From a virus (taxonomy: Duplodnaviria; Heunggongvirae; Uroviricota; Caudoviricetes): 64,000 bases of DNA. This document shows, piece by piece, positions 26,836-36,486 of this stretch. The stretch is from IMG/VR virus record IMGVR_UViG_3300023371_000080; one strand, 5' to 3'. The translations under genes were made by a program, and so were the position numbers. Below the pieces are notes generated by a model. That model was given only the letters and a program-made list of their open reading frames with translations. It was not told where the DNA came from and searched no databases. Position 1 is the stretch's first letter, and every line of letters begins with the position of its first letter.

Positions 26836-27264
26836 ATGTCAGATTATATAACCGACGCCCAGAACGACGTCAAGTCCTATTTTGAAACTCACGACATCCC
26901 TACCCACTTCTACCAATGCCTTTTCGGAGAGCTTGTCAAGATATGGGGCATTCGTCTTATTATGCCAGATGAAAATTATGGTGCTATATATGATGATGAA
27001 GATAATACACCCTACTCGTATAAAGACCAGATTGCTTGCTATCTATCTGCTCAGAATGGCACTTGGGGCTGGACTATCGCTTTCAAGGAAGCTTGCACTC
27101 AATGTGACTTGGCGTGGCTTGCGCAGGACTACGATGGGTTTGACTGGGTCCACGGTGATATTTTTGATAGTTATATTGCTGAGAAGTTGATTGATGTGGT
27201 ATTCGAAGGTAATACTACGAATGATTATTATCTGTTTAAAGTTTCGAAAGGAGATCCGCAATGA
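26836..27264 (+). CDS. Hypothetical protein
   Basis: AAGGAG RBS before MSDY. Confidence 0.75.
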   Translation: MSDYITDAQNDVKSYFETHDIPTHFYQCLFGELVKIWGIRLIMPDENYGAIYDDEDNTPYSYKDQIACYLSAQNGTWGWTIAFKEACTQCDLAWLAQDYDGFDWVHGDIFDSYIAEKLIDVVFEGNTTNDYYLFKVSKGDPQ

Positions 27265-27611
27265 GAACAATTGATGCAGATGAACTTAAACAAGACTTGC
27301 TCAACAAGTCCTTCTACCCCGCTATTGTGGCAGCCGCTATTAAGAGAGCGCCTACTGTTAATCCGTATGAATGGATTAGCGTTGAGAACGATCTACCTGC
27401 TATTGATCCGCACGGCAAGGGTAGATATGGCGGAGCGAGGTCGGTCAGAGTGCTTTGTGCGTGTAAACAGCGAGACGGTAGAACTTTTGTAAAAGAAGGA
27501 TACTACGAGCCATGCGGCGACGGAAGTGTTTTTTGGAGAATACCAGGAACTATTGATTCCGTCACCCACTGGACATACCTCCCTACTCCGCCCACAGAAA
27601 AGGAGAATTGA
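27261..27611 (+). CDS. DUF551-family protein
   Basis: EWISVENDLP...VTHWTYLPTPP signature. Confidence 0.8.
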   Translation: MRTIDADELKQDLLNKSFYPAIVAAAIKRAPTVNPYEWISVENDLPAIDPHGKGRYGGARSVRVLCACKQRDGRTFVKEGYYEPCGDGSVFWRIPGTIDSVTHWTYLPTPPTEKEN

Positions 27612-27613
27612 TT

Positions 27614-27841
27614 ATGAAGGTTGAAGATACCGTGTTTGTTCTAGCATCAGAAATCCATGGAGAACTTATATATTTAACTTATGACAGAAGCGATGGTTAT
27701 GATTATTCTTTTAACATCCGTTGTGCAATGAAGGCAACAAATAAAGTAACCGCGTTGAGTATTAAAGATGATTATGAAGATGACTTAGGGAGAAAGTCTG
27801 ATCTGAAGATTATTTCTCTTAAGATTACTTATGAGTGGTAA
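27614..27841 (+). CDS. Hypothetical protein
   Basis: AAGGAG RBS. Confidence 0.65.
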   Translation: MKVEDTVFVLASEIHGELIYLTYDRSDGYDYSFNIRCAMKATNKVTALSIKDDYEDDLGRKSDLKIISLKITYEW

Positions 27842-27966
27842 ATCGCCTCATTTTACCCCAAAAATCCCCAACTACTTAAGCAAAATTTAACCTTGCCCAT
27901 CCTACCCTTACCAACTACACCCCTAAAACTTTCCACTTTAAAAATCGCTAACTACTTAGGCAAAAT

Positions 27967-28028
27967 TGTAACTAAAATGTAAACATTTACAGTAACATAT
28001 TGACAAAATTAAACATTTGTGCTATAAT
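27967..28028 (+). promoter_or_regulatory. Consensus sigmaA promoter with upstream TGTAAC-N5-TGTAAA box
   Basis: Box 27967-27983; TTGACA 28000-28005, 17 nt, TG-n-TATAAT 28023-28028. Confidence 0.9.
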
Positions 28029-28063
28029 TATTACACAACAAAATGATTAAAGGAGATTTAATA

Positions 28064-28369
28064 ATGGAATGGTACGTAATGCTATTTGATTACAGCCGAG
28101 GCAAGGTTGTGCCGTACAACATTTTTAATAACGGCAGCTTTTGTCGTGACGTCGAGATGGTGTTAACTACCCCTAATCACACCCGTGAGTCTTTGTCTGA
28201 AATACTATCTCACGCTGCGGCATATGAATTTCGCTCACGATGCCAGTATGAATTTATTGTATCAGATTGGCCGCCTAGTGGAAGAAAAGAAAAATTTGAT
28301 GTGTATGCACAACTTAAGTTTAATTGGGATCGGTTTATTGATTATATATGGAGTAAGTACAAGGTATGA
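28064..28369 (+). CDS. Hypothetical phage protein
   Basis: AAAGGAG RBS; YNIF...SRCQYEF..DWPP. Confidence 0.75.
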   Translation: MEWYVMLFDYSRGKVVPYNIFNNGSFCRDVEMVLTTPNHTRESLSEILSHAAAYEFRSRCQYEFIVSDWPPSGRKEKFDVYAQLKFNWDRFIDYIWSKYKV

Positions 28370-28596
28370 AGAAGTTTATTTTAGAATATGCGGACTTGTC
28401 AGATGATAGAAAACGCATCTTGCAGGTCTTAGCAGAAAACGGTATAGAGGTGGTTGATTCCACCTCTGACCGTGATTTATATCAACATATTGTGATTCGC
28501 ATCAGAGACATCAACGAGTTAAATTGGATTATGGACAAATTGAATCAGGTATGCGAATACGGAGTAAAAGTTATCAAAAAGGAGGAATTAGGATGA
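28366..28596 (+). CDS. Hypothetical protein
   Basis: Coupled ORF. Confidence 0.7.
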   Translation: MKKFILEYADLSDDRKRILQVLAENGIEVVDSTSDRDLYQHIVIRIRDINELNWIMDKLNQVCEYGVKVIKKEELG

Positions 28597-29105
28597 AGGC
28601 AAAATTGATATTTAATGGTAAGGAGTTCGAAGTGGAACTTACCGAAGAGGAAGCTAAGAAGTTTGAGCAGAAAACCAAGAGAACAGGTTATGAGCGAGGT
28701 AATAATTTGGATAATTTTTCGGCAGTTGTTGCGGAGGGAACTGTTCATTCCGATTTTATCGATGATGCAGGATTCGGTAGTTCTGCGAATCTCATGTACG
28801 AGAACGCCAATTACTACACATCTTATGAGGTTGCAGAAAACAATGCTCGTGCCGATAAACTTATGCGTCAGTTGAGAAGATTTGCTGTGGAGCATAGAGA
28901 GAAAGATGTCGACTGGAAGACTAATCTCGACCTTTTTGAGATTTGGTATTGCTATGATATAGAGAAAATAACAGTGAATGAAGCGTGGACCGAAAGAACT
29001 TTAGGTACAATCGCTTTTGACTCCGAAGAAACTGCCCAGCTTGCCATTGACACCTTCCGTGACGAACTCATTTGGTACTTTACTGAATATAAGGACAGTC
29101 TGTGA
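28593..29105 (+). CDS. Hypothetical phage protein
   Basis: AGGAGG RBS before MKAKL. Confidence 0.8.
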   Translation: MKAKLIFNGKEFEVELTEEEAKKFEQKTKRTGYERGNNLDNFSAVVAEGTVHSDFIDDAGFGSSANLMYENANYYTSYEVAENNARADKLMRQLRRFAVEHREKDVDWKTNLDLFEIWYCYDIEKITVNEAWTERTLGTIAFDSEETAQLAIDTFRDELIWYFTEYKDSL

Positions 29106-29114
29106 GGTGATTAG

Positions 29115-29495
29115 ATGGACAAGAAGCCATCAGAATATATAAGCGAGTTTTTAAATTTTATTTCCGAAGCCCAGTCTCATTACAAATTCTGCTATGAAGA
29201 AATGGAAACTCAAGACAAATTGACCCAGGATTATCTTCATATGCTTGAGCTTGACGATCTTAAGTGTGGCGAACGTAGTAAGCTTGCTACCAAGCTTGCC
29301 ATTAACCGCAAGGATCGTAGATATTATAGAGATCGAGTTGAGGAACTGGAACCCATTGTTAGGTTTTTTGAAGACCCACAGAACAAGAAGGTGTTTGATA
29401 AACTCAAAGAAGTTCTCGGTCAGACCAGAAAAGCTGAGAACTATCATAAAAATAGAATATATATACCAAGGGTGCTAAAGGAGAAGAAAGAATGA
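29115..29495 (+). CDS. Hypothetical coiled-coil phage protein
   Basis: QDYLHMLEL...RR..RD...YIPRVL. Confidence 0.8.
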   Translation: MDKKPSEYISEFLNFISEAQSHYKFCYEEMETQDKLTQDYLHMLELDDLKCGERSKLATKLAINRKDRRYYRDRVEELEPIVRFFEDPQNKKVFDKLKEVLGQTRKAENYHKNRIYIPRVLKEKKE

Positions 29496-29677
29496 AGTGT
29501 TGTGAATGTAATTTTTGTTGCGAAGTTACTAGACGAAGATGGGTTCGTGGTAAAGGTTTTGTAGATTTTAAGTTTCAGGAGTGTTGTGGGGTAAGACACC
29601 CCTTTGAGATAAAGGATGTTAACCAGGAATGTATAGCATATCCTGAGAAACGAGTTCAGAAAGTTGTAAAGGAGTGA
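29492..29677 (+). CDS. Small Cys-rich hypothetical protein
   Basis: Coupled ORF. Confidence 0.6.
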   Translation: MKCCECNFCCEVTRRRWVRGKGFVDFKFQECCGVRHPFEIKDVNQECIAYPEKRVQKVVKE

Positions 29678-29681
29678 AAAT

Positions 29682-30446
29682 ATGCCTAAGTTTTTTGTTA
29701 CGAGTGATATTCATTCATATTATACTGAATTTAGAACCGCTTTATATCAAGCGGGCTTTGATGAAAAGGACGAAAACCATTGGCTAGTGGTTTGTGGTGA
29801 TTGCTTTGATCGCGGCACTCAGTCGAATGAAGTTTATAAATTTTTAAGAGATTTGCCTCGAAAGGTACTTATAAGAGGCAATCACGAGCAGCTTTTGCTT
29901 GATTGCTGTGCCAGAGGCTATCCTTGCTCTCATGATATAAGCAATGGTACCGCTAGAACTATTTGGGATATGGGTTATGGTGAAGAATTCGAAGATATGT
30001 GCAATTACACTTTAGCGAAAGTTAAGCCGTTCATAGATGGCATGGTTAATTACCTTGAAACCAAGGACTATATTTTTGTGCATTCGTGGATTCCTGTAAT
30101 TAATAAAGATGGGCTGCCTGCTCACTATACCAAGGGTCGTAGTTTTGGCTTTAATTCCGACTGGCGCAACGCTAGCCAAGAAGACTGGGTAGATGCAACT
30201 TGGGGAAATCCATTTGATATGGCTGCAAGAGGTTTGATGCCTGACAAAACCGTTGTTTTTGGGCACTGGCACTGCAGCACAGGGTGGGCAAATGCCGAAG
30301 GTCGTAGTGAATTTGAAGCCGATGCTAAGTTTGACCCATATTATGGTGAAGGATTTATTGCTATCGATGCTTGCACAGCACATAGTCACAAGTGCAATGT
30401 AATTGTAATTGAAGATGACTTTTTGGAGGGAAACAATGAGCACTGA
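29682..30446 (+). CDS. Calcineurin-like metallophosphoesterase
   Basis: SDIH, GDCFDRG, RGNHE, FVH, FGHWH motifs. Confidence 0.9.
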   Translation: MPKFFVTSDIHSYYTEFRTALYQAGFDEKDENHWLVVCGDCFDRGTQSNEVYKFLRDLPRKVLIRGNHEQLLLDCCARGYPCSHDISNGTARTIWDMGYGEEFEDMCNYTLAKVKPFIDGMVNYLETKDYIFVHSWIPVINKDGLPAHYTKGRSFGFNSDWRNASQEDWVDATWGNPFDMAARGLMPDKTVVFGHWHCSTGWANAEGRSEFEADAKFDPYYGEGFIAIDACTAHSHKCNVIVIEDDFLEGNNEH

Positions 30447-30927
30447 ACATAAAGATTGGCTCGCAGATCTTAGCGACGAGCAGAAAAGAAACTACGAGCT
30501 TTGTATGAAGTACCCTATTCTCATCCCTCACAGTTGTTGGACGGGCAAGGTTGCGGAGGATTATATGTATGAATTTACAAAGTTGGACGCCATCCCTACT
30601 GGCTGGAGAATTGCGTTTGGAGAACAGTGGGCCGCCGAGGTACAGGAAGCGGTTAATAAAATGCCCAAAGAAAAGCAAGATAAGATTATTATTATGGATC
30701 TTAAGGAAAAGTACGGATCGTTTCGTCAGGACTTTAGCTATTACACAAAAGAGCTTGTAGAAGTAATTGACAAATACGAAAAACTGTCCAAGCGTGTCTG
30801 TATTCGCTGTGGCGCTCCTGCGACAAAGATTTCTCTAGGATGGATTTCGCCCTATTGTGATGTTTGTTCTGAAAAGATTCCTTATAAGAAGATAGATATA
30901 GATGAATGGTTTGAGGGGGTAAAGTGA
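30436..30927 (+). CDS. Hypothetical phage protein (KEKYG motif, C-terminal Zn ribbon)
   Basis: GGAGG RBS; CIRCG...CDVC. Confidence 0.75.
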   Translation: MSTEHKDWLADLSDEQKRNYELCMKYPILIPHSCWTGKVAEDYMYEFTKLDAIPTGWRIAFGEQWAAEVQEAVNKMPKEKQDKIIIMDLKEKYGSFRQDFSYYTKELVEVIDKYEKLSKRVCIRCGAPATKISLGWISPYCDVCSEKIPYKKIDIDEWFEGVK

Positions 30928-30928
30928 T

Positions 30929-31462
30929 ATGAAAGAGATTATTGGAGAAAATATGAATAATATTTTTTTAATCTGTCTTGGTATTAATCCTAAAGAAACT
31001 TTTAGTGGCTCCATAGGATATTGGAGCAATTTTAAAGTATGGGAACTTGATGATGCCGAGTTTGAGAGCCTTTGTAATATTACGGAAGCACAATTCGAAA
31101 GATGGTCCGAAGAGGGCGCCTGGTGGAGATATGCAACAGGTAGCAATTTGGGTGTGCCCACGAATTATTTTAAAGTAAATAGTATAGAGCTTAAGGCATG
31201 GTGCGGAGGTTATAGAGACGATCTCTATAGAGATTATTTTATGGAAAGCAAAGAGGAGCAGGAACTTTATATGGGTCCAGATGACTATGTTGCTGTAAAT
31301 ATGCCCTATGAATATAAGAACTTGTTCGAATATTGCTGCGAAGAACTCGGCGCCTCTACGGAAAAGAATGTCTGTGCGTTGGCGGTAGACCTTGCTAAAT
31401 ATAACGGACTTACACTGTCTGAACTGTTTAAGATTTATGGAGGCGATACGAATGGAAATTAA
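30929..31462 (+). CDS. Hypothetical protein
   Basis: 177 aa ORF. Confidence 0.75.
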   Translation: MKEIIGENMNNIFLICLGINPKETFSGSIGYWSNFKVWELDDAEFESLCNITEAQFERWSEEGAWWRYATGSNLGVPTNYFKVNSIELKAWCGGYRDDLYRDYFMESKEEQELYMGPDDYVAVNMPYEYKNLFEYCCEELGASTEKNVCALAVDLAKYNGLTLSELFKIYGGDTNGN

Positions 31463-31739
31463 AAAGATTAAAACACGCATCACTTCCGAGGAAAAAGAAG
31501 TCCATTTGCTTTATGACTATGTTGATAAAACATGGATTATGGATACAATGATTATGAAGTATTACAATAAAGCCAAAAGACAGGGCTGGAAACAGACCGC
31601 CGAGTATGTTTATGATGATGGAACTGTTTGTGGAGGTGCTTTTGAGGCTCCTGACCACGCAGTAACTATTCGTGGCGCTGAAAAGAAGAGGCTGAGTGAG
31701 AAACAGCTTAATAACTTGTTTGGAGTAGATGACGAGTAG
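31452..31739 (+). CDS. Hypothetical protein
   Basis: GGAGG RBS before MEIKK. Confidence 0.75.
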   Translation: MEIKKIKTRITSEEKEVHLLYDYVDKTWIMDTMIMKYYNKAKRQGWKQTAEYVYDDGTVCGGAFEAPDHAVTIRGAEKKRLSEKQLNNLFGVDDE

Positions 31740-31755
31740 TTTATAGTCGTGCATA

Positions 31756-31783
31756 TTGACCTTTTTAAAATTTTTGATATAAT
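31756..31783 (+). promoter_or_regulatory. sigmaA-like promoter upstream of the RNA polymerase gene
   Basis: TTGACC, 16 nt, TG-a-TATAAT. Confidence 0.65.
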
Positions 31784-31913
31784 AGACACGATACAAAATG
31801 ATTGGAGGTTGATGAGTGTGTACGGTGCGTTTTGGACTATTTATTGGCAATATTGGGCCGATAGAAGAAAAGAAGATGAAGAAAAGAATACAAAATGATT
31901 GGGCGGTGAGATA

Positions 31914-34748
31914 ATGGCAAAGTCACAAAAAAACCAGACTTTTGTGTTAAAAGTCAACACTGGATATTTATCAAAAAATAATTGGCATTTAACATTTAAG
32001 TTAAGCGAAATCAGAAAGCAGCCGCAACTAGTCGTGAGTTTAGGCTCGTCCCAGGTTTTGAGATGGATGCCAGAGTTGACTGGCGTTCCAGATGCTGATA
32101 TTAAGGCATCACAAATTAAGCAAGATATAAAATATCTTAAAAAACAGGGAAATTCTTTAGAGAACAAGAAAAAAATCAGTCAAAAATATGACGAACTTTA
32201 TGAATTACAGTTTCAGCCATATTATATGATGCTGGTAATGGATTCCCCTAAAGATTATAAATATGTCTATAAACACGGATTTATGATCACAATTGATTAT
32301 GGACATAAGATTGAGACGTTTAAATATAGAAGATTTCTTGGGACGGCGGGATCTATTAAGAAAAGTACTATTATGTTTGTCGATGAGAGAATTCATGACG
32401 AACTTATGGAGAAAATCAACAATGGGCGTTATGAGGGTCCAAAACCAGGTGAAGAAGTTAAGACTTACAATGGGTTAGAGCTAAATTATAAGTTCATTCC
32501 AGCAAAAATTAACGCATATTTTGCACTCCAGTGCTCTGCCAGCATACCCGTTCCTTGGCCTAGAGTTATTGTAGTAAATGATGTTTTCACTAAATTCAAG
32601 AATGTTGTAAGAATTGTAAAAAATACTGGCGGTGAAAACCCAGATTGGCCTAGCGTTAGCGATCCTATGGAGAAAGAAATAGAAATTAACACTTGTGATG
32701 GTATGGGTTTGATTTCCCCCGAAATGAGTGCTAAATGGGCCGAGGCATTAAACGAGGGTTCCGAGCCACTGTCTGGCTTTAATACTCGTTGTGCCTTCTT
32801 GAAGGGTATGGTGTTTACTGTAGACTTCAAACAATTTGCCGAAGAGGTTGCAGGTACATATATTATCAAGGATGCATGGGGAGACGAAAGGGATGTTCGA
32901 GACGCAGACGTTATTCTTTCGGTTTCTATGCTTAAATTGTGGAATTCATATGCTGGCTATGAAGATTATTATAATAACTGTATGAAGAATGGATATGAAT
33001 TTTGCATTGCAAAGAGCACTCCGCACGAGTTGAGAAATGTGCATACTACAAATTACCAATATCTTCAGGATTTTAAGTTCACCGATGAGCAAATTGACGA
33101 ATTAATTGAGCCTACTGTATCGAAAATTAAAGATTGCCTTGGACTCGACTGGAGAAAATTGATTTTATATATGTGCGGATCTGGTTTAGATGAGAAAAGC
33201 GTGGTTCATATGGAGCCTATGTGTAAAGCCATTATGGCTAATCCTGAGCTTATTAATGACCCATACGTTAGGTCTAAAGTTAGTAGAATGATACAAAAAC
33301 GTATTAATTCTGCTAAAATTGGCGTTTTAGACATTTCGGGAGACTATGGTATAGCAGGTAATGACCCCTATTCATTCTTGCAGAATATGTTTGGTCTTGA
33401 AGTAACTGGTTTGTTAAAGAGCGGCGAATGCTACCATAGGTACTGGATAGATAAGAGATCTGATGAGATCTGTGTTTTTCGTGCCCCAATGACAAGTATT
33501 GAAAATATTTGCAAGTTGAGGGTTGTAACTAACTCGGAAATGGAAAAATGGTATAAATATATCAAGACTTGCATTCTTTTAAACAGTTGGGACGATACAG
33601 CAATGAGATGTAACGGCGAAGATTATGACTCTGATTCAAATTTCTGCACCGACAACCAGGTGTTGCTTGATGCATTTGAATATAAGACAACATTGATGTG
33701 CGAGCAAGAAAGTAGCGTTAAAAAGATTCCTACCGAAGATGATTATGTAAGCTCTGATATTAACGGGTTTGGAGATTCTATTGGAAGTGTAACTAACAAG
33801 GCTACGAATATGATTTCTTTGAGAGAACAGTTTGATCCTGATAGCGAAGAATATAGAAGACTTACCTATAGAATTAGCACAATGATGAACTATCAGCAGA
33901 ACGCTATAGACCGTATAAAGGGCGTTGTAGCTCGACCTGTACCTAAGGAATGGCTAAATAATAGGCTATTTAAGATCGAAGACGATGATGACGATGAAAC
34001 AATTAGAGACAAGCAAATTAATGCAAATATAGCCGCAGAAATTAAACCGTGGTTCTTTATTTATCGTTACTCACAATTAAAGTCCGAGCTTGACAAGTAT
34101 ATAAAGTCGGTTCGATCTAATTGTAAGATTAGATTTGGTAAAAGTCTCGATGATTTATATGCTAGCGACAATAGGTCTTTTGATGAGGATGAGTTTTTGT
34201 ATTATTACGAAAAATATCTTCCTGTTAGTAGAGCGCCAGGCACAATGAACCGTATTTGTTGGAAGATTGAAGAAGCGTTTCAAAGTATGGACGTGTTGTC
34301 AGATATTGAATTTGATCGTTCTATATTGAAGAGTGACGCATACTATACGCAAGAAGAATATGATGCAATTGTTCAGTTGTATGACGAGTATAATAAGAGT
34401 ATGCAGTTGTTTTTAAAGGGTGTTAAAAAGAATGATTCTTCAAAAGAAGAGAGAGATGCTTTTACATCTAGGTTGATTAATGAATTTACCAATATGTGCT
34501 CAGAAGTTTGTCTTGATGCAGAAATATTGGCGAATATCCTTGTTGATGTTTGTTATACTTCGAATAAAAACAAGTCATTTGCGTGGGAAGTTGCTGGTGA
34601 ACAAATATTTAATAATATTCTTAAGCAAAACGGTGGTATAATTCAATACCCTATCAAAGATGAGAATGGAGATATTGAGTTTGGTGGCAAGAGGTTCTCT
34701 TTGCATACACAAGAGATTGGTGGTGATTTAGATGTTGATTTTGAATGA
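31914..34748 (+). CDS. yonO: Single-subunit phage RNA polymerase, YonO/RdRP-like double-psi-barrel family
   Basis: DGMGLISP, R..FLKGM, FRAP, catalytic NGEDYDSD (DxDGD-like), IG.VTN.AT, QQNAID..KG; SPbeta-like synteny. Confidence 0.85.
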   Translation: MAKSQKNQTFVLKVNTGYLSKNNWHLTFKLSEIRKQPQLVVSLGSSQVLRWMPELTGVPDADIKASQIKQDIKYLKKQGNSLENKKKISQKYDELYELQFQPYYMMLVMDSPKDYKYVYKHGFMITIDYGHKIETFKYRRFLGTAGSIKKSTIMFVDERIHDELMEKINNGRYEGPKPGEEVKTYNGLELNYKFIPAKINAYFALQCSASIPVPWPRVIVVNDVFTKFKNVVRIVKNTGGENPDWPSVSDPMEKEIEINTCDGMGLISPEMSAKWAEALNEGSEPLSGFNTRCAFLKGMVFTVDFKQFAEEVAGTYIIKDAWGDERDVRDADVILSVSMLKLWNSYAGYEDYYNNCMKNGYEFCIAKSTPHELRNVHTTNYQYLQDFKFTDEQIDELIEPTVSKIKDCLGLDWRKLILYMCGSGLDEKSVVHMEPMCKAIMANPELINDPYVRSKVSRMIQKRINSAKIGVLDISGDYGIAGNDPYSFLQNMFGLEVTGLLKSGECYHRYWIDKRSDEICVFRAPMTSIENICKLRVVTNSEMEKWYKYIKTCILLNSWDDTAMRCNGEDYDSDSNFCTDNQVLLDAFEYKTTLMCEQESSVKKIPTEDDYVSSDINGFGDSIGSVTNKATNMISLREQFDPDSEEYRRLTYRISTMMNYQQNAIDRIKGVVARPVPKEWLNNRLFKIEDDDDDETIRDKQINANIAAEIKPWFFIYRYSQLKSELDKYIKSVRSNCKIRFGKSLDDLYASDNRSFDEDEFLYYYEKYLPVSRAPGTMNRICWKIEEAFQSMDVLSDIEFDRSILKSDAYYTQEEYDAIVQLYDEYNKSMQLFLKGVKKNDSSKEERDAFTSRLINEFTNMCSEVCLDAEILANILVDVCYTSNKNKSFAWEVAGEQIFNNILKQNGGIIQYPIKDENGDIEFGGKRFSLHTQEIGGDLDVDFE

Positions 34749-35505
34749 AGAAAAATATGCTAGAGATATATACATTGGTAAGGATGTAGGCGTTAAATCT
34801 ATGATGACAAAAATAAGATATATTACAAGACATTTGATATATTCAGAGCATCAGAGTGATGAAGACGCTTATATAAATTCAATTAAATGGTTAAAAACAT
34901 ATCAAGACAATTTTGATGAAAGTTATTATTCTAATGTTGTTTCTGATGCTATTAAAAAGGCACATAAATATCCTTTTTATATTATTGACAATATCCAAAT
35001 CACCCAGTCTGAGTTGAATGCCATTTCTTCGTTGAATGATTTAAGGGCGGAAAAAGTATTGTTTGTATTGTTGTGTATGGCGAAGCAACAAAAGTTATCT
35101 AGTGGTTTTACGAATGGGCTTGTTAAGTATTCCATAACGGAGGTGTGTAAATTGGCACGCATATCCGTTCCTGCTGAAGATAGAGAATATATACTGCATA
35201 AAATTGTTCAAAATGGCCTGCTTGGATATCCCAAGAAAAATGATACCCAGTGTTTGATTGTGAATTTTATTGATTATGGTGAAGCTGCTTTAGTATTAGA
35301 TGAGATTGATTGTCAAGAGCTTGCTTATATTTATCTTATGTGGAAGAATGATGGCAAAGGATATACTAAGTGTCAGAGGTGTAACAGATTAATAAAACAA
35401 AGCAAAAATGGAATAAGAAAATATTGCGAGGTTTGTAAGACAGAGATCGAGGTTGAAAATAAATCCATTAGAAATGCAAAGTATTATGCAAAACACAAAA
35501 ATTAA
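34732..35505 (+). CDS. Hypothetical protein with C-terminal Zn finger
   Basis: CQRC...KYCEVC; overlaps the RNAP end. Confidence 0.8.
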   Translation: MLILNEEKYARDIYIGKDVGVKSMMTKIRYITRHLIYSEHQSDEDAYINSIKWLKTYQDNFDESYYSNVVSDAIKKAHKYPFYIIDNIQITQSELNAISSLNDLRAEKVLFVLLCMAKQQKLSSGFTNGLVKYSITEVCKLARISVPAEDREYILHKIVQNGLLGYPKKNDTQCLIVNFIDYGEAALVLDEIDCQELAYIYLMWKNDGKGYTKCQRCNRLIKQSKNGIRKYCEVCKTEIEVENKSIRNAKYYAKHKN

Positions 35506-35661
35506 GACGCTTTGTTTTGGTCATTTTGACACGCCAAAATGATTGGAAATTGCTGTTGTTTTCGGCTTTGATAAAATTTCAAGTCGAATTTTTCCTAATG
35601 AATGATATAGGAAACAACAGTAATTTCCTATATTAAACCTAAAAGAAAAGGGAGAAAAATT

Positions 35662-35871
35662 ATGGCAGATAAGATGACAAAAAATTACAAGATTTCTGGA
35701 AGCGGAGTCCTCAGTATCAATGACGATATGATTACCATTCTCGTCGAGGACAAGGGTGAGTTCAATCTCGCTAAAGTGCTTGCTGACCTTGATGGATGTG
35801 CAGTAAAGTTTAGTTTCTCGTATGATGAGGATTACGAGAGCGTTGATGAAGAAACTGGCGAAGTAATTTAA
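35662..35871 (+). CDS. yonK: YonK-family protein
   Basis: Small acidic protein with G.L....I...FNL..VL..LDG..VKFS pattern; position matches SPbeta-like order. Confidence 0.6.
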   Translation: MADKMTKNYKISGSGVLSINDDMITILVEDKGEFNLAKVLADLDGCAVKFSFSYDEDYESVDEETGEVI

Positions 35872-35950
35872 TTTAACTAAGAAAACATTAACATCGAAGT
35901 TTGTAAGGGCGAAGTTGCGGCTCCGCTCTAGTTTAGTAGATGTTATATAT

Positions 35951-36026
35951 GGGTCCATAGCTCAATTGGGAGAGCACTACCATTGCAAGGTAGGGGTCGG
36001 GAGTTCGACTCTCCCTGGATCCACCA
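35951..36026 (+). tRNA. tRNA-Ala(TGC)
   Basis: Cloverleaf, G3:U70, encoded CCA. Confidence 0.92.
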
Positions 36027-36029
36027 TAT

Positions 36030-36108
36030 GGCGCTATCGTCTAGCCTGGTCTAGGACACCGCCCTTTCACGGCGGTAACTGTGAGTTCAAATCTCCATAG
36101 CGTCACCA
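36030..36108 (+). tRNA. tRNA-Glu(TTC)
   Basis: CCGCC-CT-TTC-AC-GGCGG arm; bulged T-stem; CCA. Confidence 0.85.
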
Positions 36109-36110
36109 AT

Positions 36111-36186
36111 GGCGGCATAGCTCAGTCGGTAGAGCACCCGACTGTTAATCAGGTTGTCGTAGGTTCAAACCCTACTGTCGCCTCCA
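36111..36186 (+). tRNA. tRNA-Asn(GTT), atypical
   Basis: Cloverleaf; one anticodon-stem mismatch; U73; CCA. Confidence 0.8.
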
Positions 36187-36189
36187 TAT

Positions 36190-36266
36190 GGTTCCGTAGC
36201 TCAGTTGGTTAGAGCGCCAGCCTGTCACGCTGGAGGTCGTGGGTTCGAACCCCATCGGAATCGCCA
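36190..36266 (+). tRNA. tRNA-Asp(GTC)
   Basis: Canonical cloverleaf, GCCA end. Confidence 0.95.
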
Positions 36267-36318
36267 AGCAGTTTTTAGTAGGTTTCTGCTGTTACAGCTA
36301 AATAAACTTACATTTTAT

Positions 36319-36403
36319 GGGAGAGTAGCAAATCGGCAACTGCGGCGGACTGTAACTCCGTTGCCTTCGGGCACAGTGGGGTCGGCACCCACCTCTCCCA
36401 CCA
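36319..36403 (+). tRNA. tRNA-Tyr(GTA)
   Basis: Long variable arm TGCC-TTCG-GGCA; atypical T-loop; CCA. Confidence 0.85.
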
Positions 36404-36408
36404 TATAT

Positions 36409-36483
36409 GCTGGCGTGGCTCAATGGCAGAGCAGCTGACTTGTAATCAGCAGGTTGTAGGTTCAACTCCTATCGCCAGCTCCA
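36409..36483 (+). tRNA. tRNA-Thr(TGT)
   Basis: Canonical cloverleaf, TCCA end. Confidence 0.93.
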
Positions 36484-36486
36484 TAT

